The translations under genes and the position numbers were made by a program. From NCBI GenBank assembly GCA_964559125.1, contig CAZLGW010000020.1, positions 9,555 to 73,554 on the forward strand: a stretch of DNA of 64,000 bases. The letters are read 5' to 3'. Positions within the stretch are counted from its first letter, which is position 1. Each line of letters begins with the position of its first letter. The notes under the pieces are model-generated. The model did no database searches, was not told where the DNA came from, and worked only from the letters and a program-made list of their open reading frames with translations. The stretch comes from an uncultured Cytophagales bacterium (GTDB lineage: Bacteria > Bacteroidota > Bacteroidia > Cytophagales > Spirosomataceae). Positions 38,222 to 46,492 of this stretch are shown in pieces.

Positions 38222-39128
38222 TTTGACCCGTCAGAATAGTAATTTGGTCTGCAATATAATTGGCATCAAGCCCTGATAAACGCTGGTGATAGGCCTGGCT
38301 GCCGTAAAGGCCGTTGGGGTAGCCTTGCGCCCTTATGCTCCGGAAACTACCGGTTCTTACATTTTTTTCGAGAAGCTGGACGGAAAGCTGCTGGGCCAGT
38401 CCGCCGGTGGATACATGCTCTTCGGCCACAATAACGCGGTTTGCTGCCTCTGTAATGGCAATAATTTCAGGATTGAGCTCAAACGGGAAAGTCAGCGTGG
38501 TAATGAGATTGACCGGTGCAGATACTTTTTCCATTGCTTCCAATATGTTATTGGCAACGGGGCCGAGCGCAAATATGGTGACGACGGCCTGGTCGGATTG
38601 TCGTATTATTTTGAAATCGCCTGACCGGCGCGCTCCTTCCGGAGTCTTCTTCCCGGCTCCCAGGCGAAGATAAGCCGGGCTGCCGGCCGCCATTATTTCG
38701 CCGACAAAAGGCGCTACTTCGTCAGAAAAAGACGGTACCCATGCCGTTACGTTCTGAAGGCTGCTCAGGCAGGCCAGGTCTTCCAGGGCATGGTGGGTAC
38801 TGCCCATGATACCGTACCCGTAGCCTCCGCCGTTCCCGACCAGGAATACCGGTAATTTATGAAACCCTACGTCATTCCTGAATTGCTCCAGGCAACGGTA
38901 TACGACGAAGGGAGCTATACTATAGCAAAATACTTTATAACCTTTATGAGCGAATCCGGCAGCTACCCCTACCATGTTCTGTTCGGCAACTCCGGCATTG
39001 ATAAAACGGCTGCCCAAAACCGCCTGCAGGTTTTCCAGGGCGTTATACCCCAGATCGCCTGTAATGAAAATGATCGAATCATCTTCGGCGGCCAGGTCTT
39101 CTACAGCCTGTGAAAACTCCTTGCGCAT
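38214..39128 (-). CDS. Transketolase-like C-terminal subunit (pyrimidine-binding plus C domain)
   Basis: ITGDLGY, RFINAGVAEQNMVGVAAG, GSTHHALED, AYLRLG, AEEHVSTGGL. Confidence 0.9.
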   Translation of the reverse strand: MRKEFSQAVEDLAAEDDSIIFITGDLGYNALENLQAVLGSRFINAGVAEQNMVGVAAGFAHKGYKVFCYSIAPFVVYRCLEQFRNDVGFHKLPVFLVGNGGGYGYGIMGSTHHALEDLACLSSLQNVTAWVPSFSDEVAPFVGEIMAAGSPAYLRLGAGKKTPEGARRSGDFKIIRQSDQAVVTIFALGPVANNILEAMEKVSAPVNLITTLTFPFELNPEIIAITEAANRVIVAEEHVSTGGLAQQLSVQLLEKNVRTGSFRSIRAQGYPNGLYGSQAYHQRLSGLDANYIADQITILTGQNA

Positions 39129-39266
39129 AACATTTCTGCGGTTGTTAATGAATCAACGGCCTTATTTTTCAACGGCCTTAAAATGTGGCACAAGTTAGGA
39201 CTAAACAATGATTAATACCAAAAAACGGCGGGGGTATTGGCGTAAGGGCGGAAGATTACGATATTC

Positions 39267-41102
39267 TCATAACCCCTGCATTAAAGTAAGCTTACGATAA
39301 AAGCCGTCCTGGTTTTCAAGCAACTGCGAATGGGTGCCCCGCTCGATAATCCGGCCCTGGTGTATGACCAGTATTTCGTCGGCATGCTGGATCGTACTGA
39401 GCCTGTGTGCGATGACCAGCACTGTCCGGTTGGCCATTAGCCGGGTCAGCGCATCCTGGACCAGCTTTTCGGATTCGGTATCGAGTGCAGACGTGGCTTC
39501 ATCGAGTATAAGTACCGGCGGATTCCTGAGCACTGCCCGCGCAATGCTGATCCTTTGCCGCTGCCCTCCCGATAGCTTTGTCCCCCTTTCGCCGATTACG
39601 GTCTGGTATCCGTCCGGCTGATCAATAATGAACTGGTGTGCGTTGGCGATTTTCGCAGCCCGGTATACTTCTTCATCCGTTGCATCTGCGCCAAAAACGA
39701 TATTGTTGTAGATCGTATCGTTAAAAAGAATGGATTCCTGGGTGACGATGCCCATCTGGTTGCGGAGCGACGATACCGAAAGGTCGCGGAGGTCGTAGCC
39801 GTCAATGGTAATACTGCCTTCGGTAGGATCGTAAAACCTGGGAACAAGGTCGGCAATCGTAGATTTACCTCCGCCCGAAGATCCTACCAGGGCGACGGTT
39901 TTTCCTTTCGGTAGCCTGAAACTGATGTCATGAAGTACACGGGCATTTTTGTCGTATTCGAAGTATACATTATTGACAGCTATTTCATGCTCAAAATGCT
40001 CTATTTTTAATGGATTGTCTTTTTCAGGGATCGCATTTTTCGCATCCAGGAGCTCCAGTACCCTTTCGCCGGCTGCAATCCCCCGCTGCGTATTACTGAA
40101 GGCATTGGATATTTCTTTGGCAGGGCGCATTACCTGCGAGAAGATGGCAATGTAGGTGATGAATTGTTCGGCAGAGAGCTCCGACTCTCCCGACAGTACC
40201 ATCTGTCCGCCGAAAAGAAGGATAAGCGCCACAACGAATACACCCATGAACTCGGAAAAAGGGGAAGACATTTCCCGCTTGTAGGCCATCGATTTAATAG
40301 ACCGCTGGTACCCTTCATTTTCTGTTTGGAACTTACTCCTGATAAAACCTTCCGCATTAAACCCTTTGACGACCCGCATACCGCCGAAGACTTCGTCCAT
40401 AAGGCTGATCAGCCCCCCGAGCCGGTTCTGGCCGTCCCGGGCTTCTTTGCGCATCTGTCTTACGATTATAGCAATAAAGGCGCCTGAAATAGGTATGACC
40501 AGGAAAGCGAAAGCGGAAAGGCTAAGCGAAATCTTAAACAATACATACAGGAAGCTGATCAGCGTAAAGAGCTCTTTAAAAGCGGCTGAAAAGGAATTGG
40601 CTACCGAGCTTTCCACTTCCTGGACATCGGTGACTATCCTGGAAATAAGGTTTCCCTTTCGCTCGGAAGAAAAAAAGCCGAGGTGGAGATGAATGGCATT
40701 GTCGAAAACCGCCTGTCGGAGCCGGCCTACCATTTTGACCTTGAATCTTTCGATCAGGCGGGCAGTGAGGTAGCGGAAGATATTGGAAATGAGCACCGAA
40801 GCGATAATAATAGCACAGACAAACTTAAGGGCTCCCCATTCGCCGTATTGCGTTAATGTGTTCTGAAAGTGATAGTTGAAAAGATCTACAAGGTAGTCGA
40901 TGCTTACACGGGCGACCGGCTCTGCTATGGTTTCCGGGCTTCCGGCTTCTCCTCCCTGCTTGAACAGAACTTTGAGCAAGGGTATCAGGAGCGTGAAATT
41001 GAGGATGCCGAACACACTTGCCAGCAACGATGTAAAAAAGAAGGGTACAACGAATCTTCTGAGCGGGCGGGCAAATGAAAGTAGACGCCAATAGGTTTTC
41101 AT
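39267..41102 (-). CDS. MsbA-like ABC exporter (transmembrane domain + ATPase)
   Basis: GSSGGGKST Walker A, LSGGQRQR signature, LILDEATSALD, IAHRLSTI; ATG at 41102 (MKTYWRLL) preferred over the track's 41171. Confidence 0.92.
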   Translation of the reverse strand: MKTYWRLLSFARPLRRFVVPFFFTSLLASVFGILNFTLLIPLLKVLFKQGGEAGSPETIAEPVARVSIDYLVDLFNYHFQNTLTQYGEWGALKFVCAIIIASVLISNIFRYLTARLIERFKVKMVGRLRQAVFDNAIHLHLGFFSSERKGNLISRIVTDVQEVESSVANSFSAAFKELFTLISFLYVLFKISLSLSAFAFLVIPISGAFIAIIVRQMRKEARDGQNRLGGLISLMDEVFGGMRVVKGFNAEGFIRSKFQTENEGYQRSIKSMAYKREMSSPFSEFMGVFVVALILLFGGQMVLSGESELSAEQFITYIAIFSQVMRPAKEISNAFSNTQRGIAAGERVLELLDAKNAIPEKDNPLKIEHFEHEIAVNNVYFEYDKNARVLHDISFRLPKGKTVALVGSSGGGKSTIADLVPRFYDPTEGSITIDGYDLRDLSVSSLRNQMGIVTQESILFNDTIYNNIVFGADATDEEVYRAAKIANAHQFIIDQPDGYQTVIGERGTKLSGGQRQRISIARAVLRNPPVLILDEATSALDTESEKLVQDALTRLMANRTVLVIAHRLSTIQHADEILVIHQGRIIERGTHSQLLENQDGFYRKLTLMQGL

Positions 41103-41106
41103 GACC

Positions 41107-41114
41107 CAAAGGTA
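41107..41114 (-). promoter_or_regulatory. -7 box TACCTTTG ending 4 nt before the msbA-like ATG
   Basis: Minus strand reads TACCTTTG-GGTC-ATG. Confidence 0.55.
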
Positions 41115-41189
41115 GCACCCGATTCTGAAAATATTCACCTTTCGGCGTAGCCTGTTTTTGATCGGATGCACTATATTAATATGTAATCA

Positions 41190-41253
41190 TCAGCCATTAG
41201 CAATGGGAAGACGATGAAAAAGCGCTGATGGCTCACAGCTGATTTCTGATAGC
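41190..41253. repeat. Inverted array of GCTGAYA-type heptamers
   Basis: GCTGATG GCTCACA GCTGATT TCTGATA (41224-41251), with a reverse-oriented arm TCAGCCATTAGC at 41190-41201. Confidence 0.65.
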
Positions 41254-41263
41254 CTTTATTTAT

Positions 41264-42226
41264 ATGAAACGAAGAGACTTTGTCAGAGCGACCATAGGCG
41301 TGCCGCTCCTGCCCGCGCTGGAAGCTTATGTTCCGGAGCAGGTCGATTATTTTAAAGAAGAGGAAATCCGGGGCGGAATTCCGCCGGCAGACCGGTATGC
41401 GCTGCACTTCATGGCGGTGGGCGACTGGGGAAGGAACGGAGAATACCTGCAGGCTGAAGTGGCTGCCGGGATGGGCGAGTGGGCTAGCCGTAACCGTACC
41501 CATTTCGTGGTCTCTACAGGCGATAACTTTTATCCTAAAGGCGTTATAAGCGAACAGGACCCTCTCTGGCATTTTTCTTTCGAAAATGTCTATAAAGCGC
41601 ATTCGCTTCAATGCGACTGGTATCCTGTTTTGGGTAACCATGACTACGGCGCCGATCCCGACGCCCAGGTCAGGTACAGTGCAATAAGCCGCAGGTGGAA
41701 AATGCCGGCGCGCTATTATTCAAAGGAGGTCTCCCTTGGAAAAGGAAAGGGAAGCGCGCTGTTTGTGATGCTGGATACCAATCCGATGGTAGACGACGAG
41801 CGGAAGGAAGAGACCGACCGGCAGTTAGCCTGGCTTGAGGCTACGCTGCAGGCTGCATCAAAAGAAACGAAGTGGAAGATTGTTGTAGGGCATCATCCGG
41901 CCTATACGGTGGGGCCGAGAGTACAGCATCGTCACGTTGTGCTTGTCAGGGAAATGTTGGCGGGTATCTTCAGAAAATACGGTGTGGACGTCTATCTGTC
42001 GGGGCACGAGCATTCGCTGCAGCACCTGAAAGAAGAAGGATTTCCCCATCAGTTTGTTTCCGGGGCTGGTTCTGAGCTTACCGGTGTAACCTCCGGGATC
42101 GCTTACAGCAGGTTTGAGGCTTCGGTCAATGGCTTTATGTATGCTTCGCTCGACGTGGGCCGGTTGAATATGAAAGCAATTGATTATACGGGGAAGGTCC
42201 TGTATGAGACGGATCTTGAAAAGTAG
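41264..42226 (+). CDS. Tat-exported purple acid phosphatase (tartrate-resistant type) metallophosphoesterase
   Basis: MKRRDFV Tat signal; GDWG, GDNFY, GNHDY, GHHP, GHEH. Confidence 0.9.
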   Translation: MKRRDFVRATIGVPLLPALEAYVPEQVDYFKEEEIRGGIPPADRYALHFMAVGDWGRNGEYLQAEVAAGMGEWASRNRTHFVVSTGDNFYPKGVISEQDPLWHFSFENVYKAHSLQCDWYPVLGNHDYGADPDAQVRYSAISRRWKMPARYYSKEVSLGKGKGSALFVMLDTNPMVDDERKEETDRQLAWLEATLQAASKETKWKIVVGHHPAYTVGPRVQHRHVVLVREMLAGIFRKYGVDVYLSGHEHSLQHLKEEGFPHQFVSGAGSELTGVTSGIAYSRFEASVNGFMYASLDVGRLNMKAIDYTGKVLYETDLEK

Positions 42227-42244
42227 CGGACAGGTCGGCCGGGA

Positions 42245-43459
42245 TCAGCTAATCCTGTCGATTGATGACGGCGCCGCCGCGTGATAGTCTTTCCGGATAA
42301 TTTCTGCGTATTTGTCCAGCAACCCGATCACCCTCTCCCGGTTTTCGGACTGGATAATGCATCCTACATGGTATTCTTCCTCCAGGCGCCATACTACCTC
42401 AGGGTCATGGAAAGGAGACATATCCGGCCATTGGTGCCTGGCCAGAGAAATAATAATCCCTGCGTATTCCTTTTGAAGGGGCGGGAGAGTGTAGGGTGTC
42501 CCGGTAGCCTCGGCTGTTTCAAGCCGCGCCCATTCTTTCCAGAGGTTAAGCCCGGAAGAGGCTTCTACCATATCGGCCAGGTGGGCGCCGCCTACCCTGC
42601 AGGACGTTTCAAGAAAGTAGTAGTGACCGTCTTCACGCGACCGTATGACTTCCGTATGAGAGGCGCTGTACTGAAGTCCGAATGCTTTCAGCAGGTCGAT
42701 GCTTATGGTTTCCAGCGCATGTTGTTCCGGTGATCCGAAAGGAACTGTCACCGATCTGAAAATACCCCCGCCATGGGCGACGTCAAAAGGAGGGGAGAGG
42801 TAGACGCTCGACCACGTGAAGACGACCTTGCCCCCGAATGAAAGGCAGTCGACATGGTATACATCGCCGGGCTTGAACTGCTCTACCAGGTATTCGTGGC
42901 GTTTGTCGCCCAGTTCATGAATCGTTTCCCACAGTTCTTCCGCCGAATGTGATTTGGTAATACCCGCAGCAGAAGCCTCGCTCCTGGGTTTGATCATCCA
43001 TGGGCCGGGATATTCTGCAATGAATCCGTTGATCTGATCGTCGTTAAAAAGACTGCAGAACCCGGGCACGCGGATACCCGATTCGGCAGCTTTTATCCGC
43101 ATGGCCAGCTTATCGCGAAAGTAGCCGGCGGTGGTCCTGCCCATACCGGGAATGCGGAACTGCTCCCGGATGAATGCTGCTTTTTCAACATCAAAGTCGT
43201 CGAGTGCCACTACACGGTCGATTTTTCTTGTCCGGAATACATAGGCCAGCCCTCTGATGATTTCTTCCTGGTTGTAGTGGTGATGCCCCTGCTCTTCGAT
43301 GTAGAAAATTTCATCGATGTACTCATGTACCCAGGGCTTGTTTTCAAGTTTTTTGGCTGTCAGGAGAAATACCCTGCTGCCGGCTTCCTTACAGGCCTTC
43401 AGAAAGTCGTTACCTTTAAAGTAGGTGGTGATGCAGAGAAAAGTAAGGTTGGCAGACAT
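42245..43459 (-). CDS. ATP-grasp domain protein of unknown ligase function
   Basis: FRDKLAMR, WMIKPRSEASAAGI, LVEQFKPG, FLETSCRVGG. Confidence 0.85.
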   Translation of the reverse strand: MSANLTFLCITTYFKGNDFLKACKEAGSRVFLLTAKKLENKPWVHEYIDEIFYIEEQGHHHYNQEEIIRGLAYVFRTRKIDRVVALDDFDVEKAAFIREQFRIPGMGRTTAGYFRDKLAMRIKAAESGIRVPGFCSLFNDDQINGFIAEYPGPWMIKPRSEASAAGITKSHSAEELWETIHELGDKRHEYLVEQFKPGDVYHVDCLSFGGKVVFTWSSVYLSPPFDVAHGGGIFRSVTVPFGSPEQHALETISIDLLKAFGLQYSASHTEVIRSREDGHYYFLETSCRVGGAHLADMVEASSGLNLWKEWARLETAEATGTPYTLPPLQKEYAGIIISLARHQWPDMSPFHDPEVVWRLEEEYHVGCIIQSENRERVIGLLDKYAEIIRKDYHAAAPSSIDRIS

Positions 43460-43633
43460 GGTATCTCGGGTTTATCGGGGCCCTGTATTTTCCGGTTTCT
43501 CCTAAAAAACGAAAAATCAGCCCATTATGCAAATATCGGCTGATAAAATAGGTTGAGCTCCGGTTTCGGATACAGGCCGCGAATGCATGAATTATATAAT
43601 TTTCAGACCGAAAGGCTGTAGTGAGGCGGCGTG

Positions 43634-45025
43634 TTATTCCAGTTTTTCCAGGAATTGCCGTAGTAGCCTTACACCAAAGGCCGTTCCTGCCCTGCCGGCC
43701 ACAAAATCGGTGTCGCCGAAAGCTGTTCCCGCAATGTCGAGGTGGGCCCATTCAGGATGATTATCGGTGAAAACCTCCAGGAATTTGGCGGCTACGACCG
43801 CTCCGGCCATAGGTTTCCCGTGAAAGTTCTTTACGTCGGCGATGTCAGATTCTACTTCCTCTTTGTATTCGTCCCACAGCGGGAGGCGCCACAGGCGTTC
43901 CCCTGCTGCTTCCCCAGCTTCTTCGAGATCTTTTGCGAGCCGGTCGTTCTGCGTAAAAAGCCCTGCTGCCTGGTAGCCGAGCGTCTGGATCACGCTTCCC
44001 GTCAGGGTCGCCAGGTCTATCAGTATATCGGGGCTGAATTCCCTGACCGCATAACTCAGGCCGTCAGCCAGAATCAGTCTTCCTTCGGCGTCGGTGTCGA
44101 TCACTTCGATGGTCTTGCCGGAATAGGAACCGATCACATCCCCGGGTTTCAGGGCAGCTCCGTCAACGCAGTTTTCGGTAGCGGGGACGATACCTATGAG
44201 CCTGACCGGGAGCTGCAGCCGGGCAGCCAGCTCGATCGTCCCTAGTACTGCAGCAGCTCCCCCCATATCGCTTTTCATGAGGTGCATGTTATTGCTGCCC
44301 TTAATGGAGACCCCGCCTGTATCGAAAGTCACACCTTTGCCTACCAGCGCTACGGTCTTTCCGTAAGAAGCCGGGGTATACTCGGCGATGATCATGGCAG
44401 CATCCTGAGGGCTTCCCTGGTTTACTGCAAGTAGGGCGGAAAACCCGAAATGAGCCAGCTCGGTCTGGTCAAAAACCTTCACCCGGTATCCGTATGTATC
44501 GCCCGATTCCAGTGCCCATTTCGCCAGCATAACCGCATTTTTTTTGTTCGCCGGCGCGTTCATCAGGTCCATAATCCTCAACTGCACTTCCGCTGTCTTT
44601 TGCGCCCGGTCGACTAGTTCCCCGAGTCCGGAGGCTGCACTCGATACCAGGATCAGGCGTCCGTCACGACCGAAAAGGCTGCTGACCGGCTGGCGGTCAG
44701 TTTTATATAACCGGATATCATAGCCGCCCAGCATGACACCGCTGACAATGGCCTCTACACCGGAGTGGTCAAACCCGGAAACTTCTATGGAAACCGTCTG
44801 CGGCCAGTCATATTTTCTTTGATGAAACAGTTTCCTGACTATTTTCCGGATAGACGACGGATTGGCAGAAGTTCCCGTCCCCAGCCATAGCTCATTTTCG
44901 CCCGGCCACCAGGTTTCGCCTGCTTTTCCTGAAAATACCCGGTAGCCTTCCGGTATCCTGTCCTCGCTGAACAGCCTGACGAGGAGTGTGTCTTCCGTGT
45001 GAGACGATACTAAAGTGATTTGCAT
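43634..45025 (-). CDS. pepA: Leucyl aminopeptidase (peptidase M17)
   Basis: VGKGVTFDTGG, MKSDMGGAA, DTDAEGRLILAD, ATLTG, WAHLDIAG; ATG at 45025 (MQITLV) preferred over the track's 45160. Confidence 0.9.
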   Translation of the reverse strand: MQITLVSSHTEDTLLVRLFSEDRIPEGYRVFSGKAGETWWPGENELWLGTGTSANPSSIRKIVRKLFHQRKYDWPQTVSIEVSGFDHSGVEAIVSGVMLGGYDIRLYKTDRQPVSSLFGRDGRLILVSSAASGLGELVDRAQKTAEVQLRIMDLMNAPANKKNAVMLAKWALESGDTYGYRVKVFDQTELAHFGFSALLAVNQGSPQDAAMIIAEYTPASYGKTVALVGKGVTFDTGGVSIKGSNNMHLMKSDMGGAAAVLGTIELAARLQLPVRLIGIVPATENCVDGAALKPGDVIGSYSGKTIEVIDTDAEGRLILADGLSYAVREFSPDILIDLATLTGSVIQTLGYQAAGLFTQNDRLAKDLEEAGEAAGERLWRLPLWDEYKEEVESDIADVKNFHGKPMAGAVVAAKFLEVFTDNHPEWAHLDIAGTAFGDTDFVAGRAGTAFGVRLLRQFLEKLE

Positions 45026-45376
45026 AATGAATAGAACCCGGTTATATAGATCCGTCAATTTAGATAATGATATTGAAAACCGGCAGATTTTACAGGAAAT
45101 ATCCGCTGGAATACTACAAAAGGATAGAGGGATTTCGAAGGGGAGAGCGTATGGTTTCAATAAGAGCGACAGATCGGGGTGCTTGTTTTTTTGGATTTGT
45201 ATTTTGCGAGGAGTTTTGTGTTGTAAATAATTGTTTGTAAGGTGTTTATTCTTTTTCCTGTTGGATAATTTGGCCTAATTTTACCCGGGGCTTATATGAA
45301 GGTTGATATTCGCTGGATTATCCGTTAGCTTTGTTTTGAACAAATCTAAGTATCCAGTTTTATATATAAATAAGCT

Positions 45377-46369
45377 ATGTCACAATCTAATCTAACACCA
45401 GAGCCCCTATTGATAGAAGATCCCCTGCGGTTTGTACTTTTTCCGATCAAGCATAGTGATATATGGCAGTTATACAAGCAGCATGAGGCTTCATTCTGGA
45501 CGGCGGAGGAGATAGATCTGGGGCCTGACAAAAAAGATTGGGAGTCGCTTACATCCGGAGAAAGACATTTTATTTCTCATGTCCTGGCTTTTTTTGCGGC
45601 TTCAGACGGGATAGTAAATGAAAATCTTGCGGTCAATTTCCTGAGTGAAGTCCAGTATGCGGAAGCCAAGTGCTTTTATGGCTTCCAGATCGCAATGGAG
45701 AATATTCACTCAGAGACTTATTCGCTTCTGATCGACACGTATATAAAGGACCCCGTCGAGAAAGATCATCTTCTTAGGGCTATTGAGACTATCCCCTGCG
45801 TGCAGAAGAAAGCGGAATGGGCTTTGAAATGGATTGACAGCCCGAATTTTGCCGAACGCCTGATCGCGTTTGCTGCGGTTGAAGGGATTTTCTTTTCCGG
45901 GTCGTTCTGCTCTATTTTCTGGTTAAAGAAACGGGGCCTGATGCCGGGGCTTTCTTTTTCCAATGAGCTTATCTCCAGGGATGAAGGGCTCCATTGCCAG
46001 TTTGCCTGCCTGTTGTATACCCAGCATATCGTTAATAAGCTACCGGAAGAGCGTATCCTGGAAATAATCCTGGATGCGGTTGAAATCGAAAAGGAATTTG
46101 TCTCAGATGCTCTACCTGTTTCCCTGATCGGTATGAATGCCGACCTTATGAAGCAGTATATAGAATACGTGGCCGACTTCTGGCTGGATCGATTGGGATG
46201 CCGCAAGCCTTTTGGTACGGCAAATCCGTTTGATTTTATGGAGCTGATCTCACTGCCCGGTAAAACCAACTTCTTCGAGAAAAGGGTAGGAGATTACCAG
46301 AAAGCAGGGGTAATGAGCAACTCCAAAGAGAAAGAGTCTACTAAGATTACATTCGACGAAGATTTCTGA
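45377..46369 (+). CDS. nrdB: Class Ia ribonucleotide reductase beta (R2) subunit
   Basis: [28 protein letters not shown] (radical Tyr present), [24 protein letters not shown]. Confidence 0.96.
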   Translation: MSQSNLTPEPLLIEDPLRFVLFPIKHSDIWQLYKQHEASFWTAEEIDLGPDKKDWESLTSGERHFISHVLAFFAASDGIVNENLAVNFLSEVQYAEAKCFYGFQIAMENIHSETYSLLIDTYIKDPVEKDHLLRAIETIPCVQKKAEWALKWIDSPNFAERLIAFAAVEGIFFSGSFCSIFWLKKRGLMPGLSFSNELISRDEGLHCQFACLLYTQHIVNKLPEERILEIILDAVEIEKEFVSDALPVSLIGMNADLMKQYIEYVADFWLDRLGCRKPFGTANPFDFMELISLPGKTNFFEKRVGDYQKAGVMSNSKEKESTKITFDEDF

Positions 46370-46442
46370 TAAGCGGTAGCCCGGAGCTGCTGTAGTTACA
46401 GGCCCGGTTAGGGAGGTGTCGTCCCTGCGGGACTGGGAGAAG

Positions 46443-46480
46443 CACCCTCCGGTGAGTATGAAGAGACTTGCCGGAGGGTG
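46443..46480. terminator. Stem-loop between convergent nrdB and the heme-protein gene
   Basis: CACCCTCCGG (46443-46452) and CCGGAGGGTG (46471-46480). Confidence 0.65.
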
Positions 46481-46492
46481 TTCTGTGTTATA

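Noticed and set aside
45300-45376. NrdR box upstream of nrdB
   Set aside because: No convincing 16-bp palindrome, only an AT-rich run
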